Source: an uncultured bacterium (lineage in GTDB: Bacteria; Krumholzibacteriota; Krumholzibacteriia; JACNKJ01). Taken from it: a stretch of DNA of 64,000 bases. Below are positions 19,045 through 27,714 of the stretch, piece after piece. Under the pieces are notes generated by a model. The model saw nothing but the letters and a program-made list of their open reading frames with translations, made no database searches and had not been told where the DNA came from. A program made the position numbers and the translations under genes. Within the stretch, counting starts at the first letter, position 1; the number at the start of each line of letters is the position of its first letter. Location of the stretch: NCBI GenBank assembly GCA_963695095.1, contig CAVOFT010000001.1, positions 3,104,001-3,168,000 on the forward strand. Direction: 5' to 3'.

Positions 19045-19048
19045 GGCC

Positions 19049-20602
19049 ATGACCGAGCTTGCCGGCGCTCTGTCCGGCGTCGAGGGCAACGGACCGACGG
19101 TCGCCGCCGTCGATCTCGGCTCCAACAGCTTCCACATGGTCATCGCGCGCTGGCTCGGTCACGATTTCCAGGTCCTGGACCGCCTGCGCGAACCCGTGCG
19201 CCTGGCGGAGGGGCTCGACGTCGATCGGCATCTCAGCCCCGCTTCCCAGGAGCGGGCCCTGGTCTGCCTCGCCCAGTTCGGCCAGCGCCTGCGCCACCTG
19301 GAGCCGCGCTACCTGCGCGCCGTGGCCACGAACACCTTTCGCCGCGCCCGCGGGCTCGGTGACTTTCGCGCCCGGGCCGAAGCGGCCCTCGGCCTGCCCA
19401 TCGAAGTGCTCGCCGGCCACGAGGAAGCGCGGCTGGTCTATCTGGGCGTCGCCCAGACCTCGCCCCTCGATGCCGGGCGGCGACTGGTCATCGACATCGG
19501 CGGCGGCAGCACGGAGCTGATCATCGGCGAAGGCAGCGAGAGCCGGCTCGGCTTCAGCCAGCAGATGGGCTGTGTGGTCTATTCGAGCCGCTACTTCCCC
19601 GGCGGGCAACTGCGCCGCCGGGGCTGGCATGAAGCCGAGACGGCCGCCGCCCTCGAGCTCAGGCCCATTCGCGAGACCCTGCGCGAAGCGGGCTGGGCCG
19701 CCTGTCTCGGGTCTTCGGGCACAGTGCTCGCGATCGCGCAGATCCTCGCCGCCCGCGGCTGGGGCGGTCCCGGTATCACGCTGGACGGCCTCAAGCGCCT
19801 CCGCGCCGAGCTGGTGGCCGGCGGCACCGTGCGGGCCCTGGCCGCCACGGGGCCGACCAGCGAGGCGGTGAGCGCCGATCGCTGGGCCGTCCTGCCGGGC
19901 GGTCTGGCCATCCTCATCGCCTGCTTCAAGAGCCTGCGCATCGAGAGCATGAGTCCCTCCAGCGGCGCCTTGCGCGAGGGCGTCCTCTACGATCTGCTCG
20001 GGCGCATCCAGCATCAGGACGCGCGCGATCGCAGCGTCCAGCGCCTGGTCGCCCAGTACCGCGTGGACGGCGGGCAGGCGGCGCGGGTCGCGCACGCCGC
20101 CCACACGCTGCTCGCGGAGGTGGGATCGGACTGGGATCTCGATCTCGAGCAGGGCCGGCGCCTGCTGGGCTGGGCAGCTGCCCTGCACGAGGTCGGCCTG
20201 GCCGTGGCCTACGCGGGCTACCAGCACCATGGCGCCTATCTCATCGCCAAGAGCGAGCTGCCCGGCTTCTCGGCGGACGAGCAGCTTATGCTCGCCGCGC
20301 TGGTGCGCAGCCACCGTCGCCGCTTGCTGACCGCCGTCTTCCAGCAGTTGCCCGGCGGACGGGGCGCATCCGGCCTGCGCCTGTGCCTTCTCCTGCGCCT
20401 GGCGGCGCTGCTCTACCGCAGCCGCCAGCCCGAACCCCTGCCGGCGCTGCGCCTGCGGGCGAAGGGGACGACCCTGCGGCTGGGCTTTCCGGCGGGATGG
20501 CTGCACCGGCACCCCCTGACGCGGGCAGACCTCGCCCGCGAGGCCGCCCACCTGGGCCGGCAGGGCTTCACGCTCGCGTGGGAAGAGCTGCGGGCGGGCT
20601 AG
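19049..20602 (+). CDS. ppx: exopolyphosphatase (Ppx/GppA)
   Basis: DLGSNSFHM, EEARLVY, DIGGGSTE, ALREG, LHEVG. Confidence 0.92.
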   Translation: MTELAGALSGVEGNGPTVAAVDLGSNSFHMVIARWLGHDFQVLDRLREPVRLAEGLDVDRHLSPASQERALVCLAQFGQRLRHLEPRYLRAVATNTFRRARGLGDFRARAEAALGLPIEVLAGHEEARLVYLGVAQTSPLDAGRRLVIDIGGGSTELIIGEGSESRLGFSQQMGCVVYSSRYFPGGQLRRRGWHEAETAAALELRPIRETLREAGWAACLGSSGTVLAIAQILAARGWGGPGITLDGLKRLRAELVAGGTVRALAATGPTSEAVSADRWAVLPGGLAILIACFKSLRIESMSPSSGALREGVLYDLLGRIQHQDARDRSVQRLVAQYRVDGGQAARVAHAAHTLLAEVGSDWDLDLEQGRRLLGWAAALHEVGLAVAYAGYQHHGAYLIAKSELPGFSADEQLMLAALVRSHRRRLLTAVFQQLPGGRGASGLRLCLLLRLAALLYRSRQPEPLPALRLRAKGTTLRLGFPAGWLHRHPLTRADLAREAAHLGRQGFTLAWEELRAG

Positions 20603-21447
20603 TAGACCTCGGGCACGAAGGTCTGGTCCACCATCGGGGGCCGCACGTAGCCGCGGCCCTCCGTGCGCTCGGGCAGCGCCACTGGCGGTGGCGTCAGGTC
20701 TTCGTAGGGGAAGAGGCTGAGCAGGTGGTGCATCGTGTTCAGACGGGCGCGCTTCTTGTCGTCGGCGGCGACGACGTACCAGGGCGCCTGCTTGATGTCG
20801 GTGACCGCGAACATCTCGTCCTTGGCGCGGGAGTAGTCCTCCCAGCGCTGGCGCGACTCGATGTCCATGGGGCTGAGCTTCCAGCGCTTGACCGGATTCC
20901 GCGCGCGATCGCGGAAGCGCTTCTCCTGCTCCTCGTCGCTGATCGAGAACCAGTACTTGATGAGCGTGAGGCCTGAACGCACGAGCATGCGCTCGAACTC
21001 GGGGCAGCTCCGGTAGAACTCCTGTAGCTCCTCGTCGCTGCAAAAGCCCATCACGCGCTCCACGCCGGCGCGGTTGTACCAGGAGCGATCGAAGAGCACG
21101 ATCTCGCCGGCAGCCGGCAACTGCGCCACGTAGCGCTGGAAGTACCACTGCGTGCGCTCGCGCTCGCTGGGCACGCCCAGGGCCACGACCCGGCAGCTGC
21201 GCGGATTGAGCACCTCGACGAAGCGCGTGATCACCCCGCCCTTGCCGGCCGCATCGCGGCCCTCGAAGATCACCGCCACGCGCAGCCTGCGCGCCTTGAT
21301 CCACTCCTGCAGCTTGACCAGTTCGACCTGCAGTCGGTAGCTCTCGGCGGCATAGCAGGCCGCGTCGAGCGCTGGCCGGACGAGCCCGGTATCGGGAGGC
21401 GCCGTCGGTTCGGCGAGGGCACTATCGCGATGCTTGGACACGATCAC
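20599..21447 (-). CDS. ppk2: polyphosphate kinase 2 (class I-like)
   Basis: FEGRDAAGKGG, FDRSWYNRAGVERVMGF, KRWKLSPMD. Confidence 0.93.
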   Translation of the reverse strand: MIVSKHRDSALAEPTAPPDTGLVRPALDAACYAAESYRLQVELVKLQEWIKARRLRVAVIFEGRDAAGKGGVITRFVEVLNPRSCRVVALGVPSERERTQWYFQRYVAQLPAAGEIVLFDRSWYNRAGVERVMGFCSDEELQEFYRSCPEFERMLVRSGLTLIKYWFSISDEEQEKRFRDRARNPVKRWKLSPMDIESRQRWEDYSRAKDEMFAVTDIKQAPWYVVAADDKKRARLNTMHHLLSLFPYEDLTPPPVALPERTEGRGYVRPPMVDQTFVPEVY

Positions 21448-21501
21448 CTCTGGGCAAGGGCCGCTCCCCGCCTAGCAGCATGTGTGCCCAAGCCGAGTTC
21501 C

Positions 21502-21954
21502 TCAGCCGCTCGCCGGGAATTGCCGCCGCAGGGCCTCGGCCCGGAAAGCGAAGATCTTGCGGATGTCCCGCGCGACCAGGAGACGGTCCGCGATCCACCC
21601 GCCTGGTGGCAGATAGTCCACCCGGTCCAGGACCCGAGTGCCACCGGCCGCGGCCTCGAAACGGTGCTCGTGGATCCAGAAGCGGTATGGCCCCCGGATC
21701 TGGCTGTCGATGAAGCGCCGCGGAGGCTCCCAGGCCGTGATCTCGCTCTGCCAGCGCAGGGGCAGCCCGTGGACCCGCAGGCGGTAGTCGATGCGGGCGC
21801 CTTCGCCCATGGGGATCTCGCCGTCGCTGGTGACGCGGAAGCGCAGCCAGGGCGGGGTGATGGTCTCCAGGTTCCGCGCGTCGGCAAAGAAGGGAAAGAC
21901 CCGTCCGGGCGGGGCGGGCAGCCAGAGTTCCTGGCGGAATTGGAAGCCGGCCAT
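21502..21954 (-). CDS. SRPBCC family protein
   Basis: VFPFFADARNLETITPPWL, FIDSQIRGPYRFWIHEHRF, IFAFR. Confidence 0.88.
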   Translation of the reverse strand: MAGFQFRQELWLPAPPGRVFPFFADARNLETITPPWLRFRVTSDGEIPMGEGARIDYRLRVHGLPLRWQSEITAWEPPRRFIDSQIRGPYRFWIHEHRFEAAAGGTRVLDRVDYLPPGGWIADRLLVARDIRKIFAFRAEALRRQFPASG

Positions 21955-21987
21955 GCTGTTCTCCGTTCTGATTCTCGGCCCCTACGG

Positions 21988-22020
21988 TGGTATACCATAT
22001 GTCCATGAATTGTACAGTAA
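21988..22020 (-). promoter_or_regulatory. three tandem 11-bp repeats resembling a CarH/LitR operator
   Basis: Minus strand ttacTGTACAa-ttcaTGGACAt-atggTATACCa. Confidence 0.45.
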
Positions 22021-22025
22021 ATAGC

Positions 22026-22054
22026 TTGACAGAGCAATGGATGTACGGTACATT
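22026..22054 (+). promoter_or_regulatory. sigma70-type promoter for the DUF378 gene
   Basis: TTGACA-17 bp-TACATT; overlapped by the inverted repeat ATGTAC-G-GTACAT (22041-22053). Confidence 0.65.
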
Positions 22055-22089
22055 CCAGGTCTCAACCTCAGCCGTTCAAGGAGACCACC

Positions 22090-22305
22090 ATGAAGACTCT
22101 CGATGTCCTCGGCCTGATCCTCATCATCGTGGGTGGCCTGAACTGGGGCCTCGTCGGCCTGGCCAAGTTCGATCTCGTCGCGGCCCTCTTCGGCGGCCCA
22201 GAGGCGGCCCTGGCGCGCGCGGTCTACATCCTTGTCGGCGTGGCGGCCCTTCTGCGGCTCCTGCGCTGGAAGGCGGTCCCCGCCGTGGCCTCCCAGCGCG
22301 CCTAG
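22090..22305 (+). CDS. DUF378 small membrane protein
   Basis: LIIVGGLNWGLVG...FDLVAALFG...VYILVG. Confidence 0.9.
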   Translation: MKTLDVLGLILIIVGGLNWGLVGLAKFDLVAALFGGPEAALARAVYILVGVAALLRLLRWKAVPAVASQRA

Positions 22306-22440
22306 CCCCGATCAGCGCCGCCAGGCGGAAGCCTGGCGGCGCCCCGCGCTCCGAGATCTCGGCGCAAATGGGCTTGAGTGGAAGCCCGCCCTGTGTTGTA
22401 ATTACTGGCCATCCAATAACTTCCAGATTCGGAAGGCATC

Positions 22441-22932
22441 GTGGCCAGCAACGGACGCAGTCAGGATCCCCTACTCATCGGCTGTCGGGAGCTGGTCGCC
22501 ATTCCCGATTGGGGCATCGCCGCCATTGAGGCCAAGATCGACACCGGCGCCCGCAGCAGCGCCATCGATGTATCCGCCATCGAGGAGCTGCCCGGGGACC
22601 GCGTCCGCTTTCAGGTGGCCCTGGACCGACAGCGGGAGGCCCTCAGCCGCAGCATCGAGACCGAGATCTGCCGGCGAGTGAAGATTCGCTCCAGCTTCGG
22701 CCACGCCAGAGATCGCCTGCTGGTGAAGGTGCGGATCCGCATCGGCGATCACGAGAAGGAGATCGAGGTGGGCCTCGTCCCCCGCCAGCGCATGCGCTCG
22801 CGAATGCTCCTCGGCCGCCTGGCCCTCGCGGAAGACTTCCTCGTCGACCCCAGTCGCCCTTACCATATTGCCAAGCCCCCCCGGCGGGCGCGCGCCCGCA
22901 AGCGCGCGGCGTCCGCCAAGGATGAGCCATGA
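22441..22932 (+). CDS. RimK-associated retropepsin-like protease (RimB / 'ATP-dependent zinc protease' family)
   Basis: IGCRE, AKIDTGARSSA, MLLGRLAL. Confidence 0.85.
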   Translation: MASNGRSQDPLLIGCRELVAIPDWGIAAIEAKIDTGARSSAIDVSAIEELPGDRVRFQVALDRQREALSRSIETEICRRVKIRSSFGHARDRLLVKVRIRIGDHEKEIEVGLVPRQRMRSRMLLGRLALAEDFLVDPSRPYHIAKPPRRARARKRAASAKDEP

Positions 22933-24098
22933 ACATTGCGATACTTTCGCGCGCTCCGCGCTGCTACAGCACACGCCGTCTGCGCGAGGTGGCCCAGGCC
23001 CGCGGGCACGCCGTGCGGGTCTTCGACACCTTACGCTTCTCCATCTTCGTCGAAGCCGAGAAGCCGCGCCTGTTCTACAACCGCCGCCCCCTTGCCCACT
23101 ACGATGCGGTGATCCCCCGCATCGGCGCCTCGATCACCTTCTTCGGCAACGCGGTCGTCCGCCAGTTCGAGCAGATGGGGGTCTTCACCCTGACCTCCGC
23201 CACCGGTATCGCCATGTCGCGCGACAAGCTGCGCGCGATGCAGATCCTCAGCCGCCACGACATCGGCATTCCACCCTCCGCCTTCGCGCGGGACCGCGGC
23301 GACGTCATGGACGCCATTGCCAGGGTCGGCGGCGCGCCGGTCATCGTCAAGCTGCTGGAGGGAACGCAGGGCATCGGCGTCGTGCTGGCGGATACGGAAT
23401 CCCTCGCCGAGGCGATCGTCCACATGCTGCAGGTGAGCAAGCAGAACGTGCTGATCCAGAAGTTCGTCGCCGAGAGCAAGGGCAAGGACATCCGCGCCAT
23501 CGTGGCGGGCGGTCGCGTCGTGGCGGCCATGCGCCGCCGCGCCCAGGGGCAGGAGTTCCGTAGCAACATCCACCGCGGCGCCAAGGCGGAGGCGGTGGAG
23601 CTGGACGAGGACTACGAGCGCACCGCGGTGAAGGCGGCCCGCATCCTCGGCCTGCGCGTGGCCGGCGTCGATATCCTGGAGGGCGCCGACGGCCCGCAGG
23701 TGCTGGAGGTCAATTCCTCGCCCGGACTCGAAGGCATCGAGCAGGCGACCGGGGTCGACGTGGCCGGGGCCATCATCGAGCACCTCGAGGAGCAGACGCA
23801 GCTGCCCGAGATCGACCTGCGCCAGCAACTCTCCCTCGGCCAGGGCTACTCCGTGGCCGAACTGCCGATCACCGCCGACTCGACGCTCGCCAACAAGACC
23901 CTGCGCGAGATGCACCTGACCGACCTCGAAGTGCTCGTGCTCTCGATTCGCCGGTCCGGACTGATGCTGCCCGCCCCGCGGGGCGCCACGACGATCCTGC
24001 CCGGCGACATCCTCGTCTGCTACGGAAAGCGCCAGGTCATGAAGGAGCTGCTGCCGCCGCCGGCCGCGCAGCGCGGCCGGCGCGAAGGGCGGGCATGA
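22929..24098 (+). CDS. rimK: RimK alpha-L-glutamate ligase with C-terminal RCK_C/TrkA-C domain
   Basis: YSTRRL, IPRIGASIT, SRDKLR, KLLEGTQGIGV, EFRSNIHRG, EVNSSPGLEGIE; extra ~90 aa tail LANKTLREM...VLSIRR...ILPGDIL. Confidence 0.9.
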   Translation: MNIAILSRAPRCYSTRRLREVAQARGHAVRVFDTLRFSIFVEAEKPRLFYNRRPLAHYDAVIPRIGASITFFGNAVVRQFEQMGVFTLTSATGIAMSRDKLRAMQILSRHDIGIPPSAFARDRGDVMDAIARVGGAPVIVKLLEGTQGIGVVLADTESLAEAIVHMLQVSKQNVLIQKFVAESKGKDIRAIVAGGRVVAAMRRRAQGQEFRSNIHRGAKAEAVELDEDYERTAVKAARILGLRVAGVDILEGADGPQVLEVNSSPGLEGIEQATGVDVAGAIIEHLEEQTQLPEIDLRQQLSLGQGYSVAELPITADSTLANKTLREMHLTDLEVLVLSIRRSGLMLPAPRGATTILPGDILVCYGKRQVMKELLPPPAAQRGRREGRA

Positions 24099-25063
24099 GC
24101 GATCGGCCTGCGTTTCACTTCAGCGGCGAGGCGATCCCGCCTGGCAGCGGCCGCATCTGCGAGCTGCCCGTCGCCCGGATTCCCACCGACCCCTGGACTT
24201 GGCTCACCTTGCGCGCGATGGTGCTCCACGGACACGCGCCCGGGCGCACGGTTTGGGTCAGCGCGGCCGTGCACGGCGACGAGCTGAACGGCGTGGAGAT
24301 CATCCGCCGGCTGCTGGGAACGCTCGCGCCCAAGGAGCTGGCGGGCACGCTGATCGCCGTTCCTTTCGTCAACATCTTCGGCGCCTTGAGCGGCTCGCGC
24401 TACCTGCCCGATCGGCGCGACCTCAACCGCAGCTTTCCGGGCTCGGCCACGGGTTCCCTGGCGGCGCGCCTGGCCCACATCTTCATCAGCGAGATCGTCG
24501 GCCGCTGCGACTTCGGCATCGACCTGCACACCGCCGCGGAGCCGCGCATCAACCTGCCTCAGATCCGCGCCGATCTGGAGGAGCCGGAAACCCGCCGCTG
24601 CGCGGTCGCCTTCGCCGCGCCCGCGATGCTCAACGGCAAAGCGCCTGCCGGCTCCCTGCGCGCCGCCGCGACGCGGCGGGGCATCCACACCCTGCTCTTC
24701 GAGGGCGGCAGCAGCATGCGCTTCGAGGCGGAGGTCATCGCGGCGGGCGAGAGCGGGATCCGGCGCGTCCTGGCGGCGCTGGGCATGCTGCCCCCATCGG
24801 CTTCGCCTCCGGCCGCGCCCTCCCGCGAACTGCACCGCAGCCACTGGTTGCGCGCCCGGCGCAGCGGGCTCTTCCAGACCGGCACGCGCCTGGGCGCCGA
24901 GGTGGCCAAGGGCGAGACGCTGGGCACGATCAGCGATCCCTTCGGCGTCGCCACGCTGCCCCTGCGGGCGCGCGAGGCGGGCATCGTCATCGGACTGACG
25001 ATGAACCCGCTGGTCGGGCAGGGCGATGCCCTCGTGCACATGGCGGCGCCGGTCGCAGGCTGA
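24095..25063 (+). CDS. succinylglutamate desuccinylase/aspartoacylase (M14-like) deacylase
   Basis: HGDELNG, RDLNRSFPG, IDLHT, FEGG. Confidence 0.9.
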   Translation: MSDRPAFHFSGEAIPPGSGRICELPVARIPTDPWTWLTLRAMVLHGHAPGRTVWVSAAVHGDELNGVEIIRRLLGTLAPKELAGTLIAVPFVNIFGALSGSRYLPDRRDLNRSFPGSATGSLAARLAHIFISEIVGRCDFGIDLHTAAEPRINLPQIRADLEEPETRRCAVAFAAPAMLNGKAPAGSLRAAATRRGIHTLLFEGGSSMRFEAEVIAAGESGIRRVLAALGMLPPSASPPAAPSRELHRSHWLRARRSGLFQTGTRLGAEVAKGETLGTISDPFGVATLPLRAREAGIVIGLTMNPLVGQGDALVHMAAPVAG

Positions 25064-25110
25064 GCAGGTCTGCTATCGCGGTCGCTCGGCGGCGGGATGG
25101 TCGGCGCATC

Positions 25111-25149
25111 AACAAGCAAAGGCGCCAGCCCTCCTCGAGCCGGCGCCCT
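25111..25149 (-). terminator. probable intrinsic terminator
   Basis: Minus strand AGGGCGCCGGCTC-GAGGA-GGGCTGGCGCCTTT followed by GCTTGTT. Confidence 0.55.
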
Positions 25150-25190
25150 CGCGATGTCGCCTTCCGCGCCGGAAGCGCGGGCTGCCCTGA

Positions 25191-25778
25191 CTAGTACAGG
25201 GTCTTGATCGCACCCCAGGTGGATTCCTCCGCCGGCGTGGTGCAGAGAATGACATTGTCGCTGGTCTCGATCAGGAACTCGCCCAAAGATGTGGCGCCAT
25301 AGCCGCAGATGACCAGCCAGTAGGCCGCGCCCGGGGCTAGCGTCACGGTGGTCGCCGTTCCGATGAAGCTCAGGAGGCCATCACCGTTGTCGTCATCGAC
25401 GGTGACGCAATTCGCCGTCGAGTTCATGGCGTCGAAGGGATCGCAGTACAGGTAGAGGACCGTATCGAACTGGCCGGTAATCGGCGCGGTCCAGATCTGG
25501 ATCGGGTTGGCGTCGGTGGCCTGCACGCAGAACACCTGGTAGTGCGGGTCAGCGGTGTACTCGTAGGTCATGGCCAGATTGCAGTCCAGGCTGACCTGAT
25601 TGTAATCCACGCCGCGCCACCGGTGCCAGGTGGGATCGGCAGTGGTGAGGGTGCCCTGGATCTGGATGCGGCCGGGCCCATCAGCGATGCCGTCGATCTG
25701 GTCGAGCTTGTCCGCATCACCGGCCTGCACGGTCGCTGCCAGGGCCAGCACGAACAGAAGCGTGAGCAGAATTCTCAT
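25191..25778 (-). CDS. secreted hypothetical protein with C-terminal TPAEESTWGAIKTLY tail
   Basis: Signal peptide MRILLTLLFVLALAATVQA; PPC-like FDTVLYLY...DDDNGDGLLS segment. Confidence 0.8.
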   Translation of the reverse strand: MRILLTLLFVLALAATVQAGDADKLDQIDGIADGPGRIQIQGTLTTADPTWHRWRGVDYNQVSLDCNLAMTYEYTADPHYQVFCVQATDANPIQIWTAPITGQFDTVLYLYCDPFDAMNSTANCVTVDDDNGDGLLSFIGTATTVTLAPGAAYWLVICGYGATSLGEFLIETSDNVILCTTPAEESTWGAIKTLY

Positions 25779-25847
25779 CGTAGAACCTCTCTTGATTGGA
25801 GGCAAATCAAGGAACTCCATGGAATCACGGAATCACCTAGCCTAATA

Positions 25848-25876
25848 ATTCTACCCTACACAACCTGATCCGTCAA
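25848..25876 (-). promoter_or_regulatory. sigma70-type promoter
   Basis: TTGACG-17 bp-TAGAAT on the minus strand. Confidence 0.7.
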
Positions 25877-25986
25877 TGCGAGGGCCCGGAGCTTCCAGCC
25901 TGGTCAAGTCCATGACGATTGGGCCTTTCCAATATAGCAAGCCCACTCTGAGTACGTCGGGAAGCCTTTGCCTGGCCAGGAGCTGG

Positions 25987-26023
25987 AAAAAAACAACTGG
26001 CCCCTCGCCGTGCGGCGAGGGGC
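25987..26023 (-). terminator. intrinsic terminator after tRNA-Asn
   Basis: GCCCCTCGCC/GGCGAGGGGC stem followed on the minus strand by CAGTTGTTTTTTT. Confidence 0.7.
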
Positions 26024-26043
26024 TCTTCATTGCTCACCCTGGG

Positions 26044-26116
26044 CTCCCCGGGTAGGACTTGAACCTACAACCCTGCGGTTAACAGCCGCATGCTCTGCCA
26101 ATTGAGCTACCGAGGA
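26044..26116 (-). tRNA. tRNA-Asn(GTT)
   Basis: TCCTCGG acceptor stem, GCGGC-TGTTAA-CCGC anticodon arm, GGTTCAAGTCC T-arm. Confidence 0.95.
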
Positions 26117-26132
26117 ATGCTCTCCCGCGGGC

Positions 26133-26609
26133 CTAGCCGGCGCGCGGCGGCTCCGCGGCGCGGGGCAGGCTCCGCTTCTTGGGCTTCTCCGCAGCCGGGG
26201 CCTTCTCGGCTTCTTTGCCCTTGGCCCCCTTCTTGGCCTTCTTCTTCTTCAGCTCCGCGCCGACGAGCTCCAGATAGGCGATATCCCCGTCGTCCCCCTT
26301 GCGAATGCCACCCTTTATAATGCGGGTGTAGCCCCCCGGCCGCTCCGCGTAGCGCGGCCCCAGCTCGGCGAAGAGCTTCTGGAGCACCTGCGGCTCCATC
26401 AGGAAGCGCGCCACCTGGCGGCGCGCCGCCAGGTCCCCGCGCTTCGCGAAGGTGATCATCCGCTCGGCGTAGCGCCGCGCTTCGCGCGCCTTGGGCAGGG
26501 TGGTCTCGATGCGCTCGTGGGCGAACAGGCTGGTTACCATGTTGCGCAACATGGCCCGTGCCTGCGCGGTGGGCCGATTCAGGCGGTTGCCTCTGACTTG
26601 ATGTCGCAT
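26133..26609 (-). CDS. rplQ: 50S ribosomal protein L17
   Basis: HERIETTLPKA, RPGGYTRI. Confidence 0.96.
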   Translation of the reverse strand: MRHQVRGNRLNRPTAQARAMLRNMVTSLFAHERIETTLPKAREARRYAERMITFAKRGDLAARRQVARFLMEPQVLQKLFAELGPRYAERPGGYTRIIKGGIRKGDDGDIAYLELVGAELKKKKAKKGAKGKEAEKAPAAEKPKKRSLPRAAEPPRAG

Positions 26610-26646
26610 GACGTGTTCCTCGCTAGACTAGGCGTAGCGGTCCAGG

Positions 26647-27657
26647 CTAGGCCTGGGCCTTCTCCTTCTCGACACCCGCGGTCATTCCCACGAGCAAGCT
26701 GCTGACATCCATCCCCCAGTGCAAACCCATGCCCTCGAGGATTTCACTGATCTCCTTCAAGCTCTTGCGCCCGAAGTTGCGGTACTGGAGCATTTCGCTC
26801 TCGCTCTTGACCACCAGCTGGCCGATGGTCTTGATGTCCGCCGCTTTCAGGCAGTTCGCGCTGCGCACGCTGAGCTCCAGTTCCTCGACATTGCGCGCGA
26901 GCAGTTCACGCATGCGCTCCAGTTCCTCATCGACTTCTTCCTCGGCAACCGCCATCGGCTCCTCATCGAAGTTGATGAAGAGGTAGAGGTGGTCCTTGAC
27001 GATCTTCGCGGCGAAGCCGAGGGCCTCCTCGGGCGAGATGGCGCCGTTCGTCTCGATCTCCAAGATGAGGCGATCGTAATCCGTGCGCTGGCCGACGCGG
27101 GTATCCTCGATGCGGTAGTTGACCTTGCGTACCGGACAGAAGATGGCGTCCACCGGCACCACCCCGATCGAGACGTCCGAGAGCTCGTGGTTCTCCGCGA
27201 GCACAAAACCGCGGCCGTCGCTGACCAGCAGCTCGGCGCGCAGGTGGGCGCCCTCGTTCAGGTGGCAGAGCACGAAATCCGGGTTGACGACCTCCACCGC
27301 GGAATCCTCGGTGATGTCGCGCGCCGTCACCGGGCCTGGCCGGTTGATGTCGAGGTAGAGCTTGTGCGAAGTATCGCTGTGCAGCCGACAGACGAGCTGC
27401 TTCAGATTGATCACGATATCGCTGACATCTTCCATGACGCCGGGGATGTTGGTGAACTCGTGCAGGGCATCTTCGAACTTCACCGCCACCACAGCCGCGC
27501 CCTGCAGGCTGCTGAGCAGGGTGCGCCGCAGGGCATTGCCGAGCGTGAGGCCGAAGCCCCGCTCGAGCGGCTCGACGGTGAAGCGGGTGAAGTAGGGAGT
27601 CTCCCCGGACTTCTGGATCTCCACCTGCTTCGGCATGAGCACGTTCTTCCACTTCAT
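26647..27657 (-). CDS. rpoA: RNA polymerase alpha subunit
   Basis: EPLERGFGLTLGNALRR, LELSVRSANCL, NFGRKSL. Confidence 0.97.
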   Translation of the reverse strand: MKWKNVLMPKQVEIQKSGETPYFTRFTVEPLERGFGLTLGNALRRTLLSSLQGAAVVAVKFEDALHEFTNIPGVMEDVSDIVINLKQLVCRLHSDTSHKLYLDINRPGPVTARDITEDSAVEVVNPDFVLCHLNEGAHLRAELLVSDGRGFVLAENHELSDVSIGVVPVDAIFCPVRKVNYRIEDTRVGQRTDYDRLILEIETNGAISPEEALGFAAKIVKDHLYLFINFDEEPMAVAEEEVDEELERMRELLARNVEELELSVRSANCLKAADIKTIGQLVVKSESEMLQYRNFGRKSLKEISEILEGMGLHWGMDVSSLLVGMTAGVEKEKAQA

Positions 27658-27714
27658 GTGGAAAGCCTCCTTCTCGCGCGGTGGCAAAGGCGTTTTCGCT
27701 CGCGGCGGGCTCGA

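Noticed and set aside
25064..26043. Integrative element at tRNA-Asn (AT-richer stretch downstream)
   Set aside because: No integrase and no duplicated tRNA 3' end was found; promoter and terminator sequence explains much of the composition
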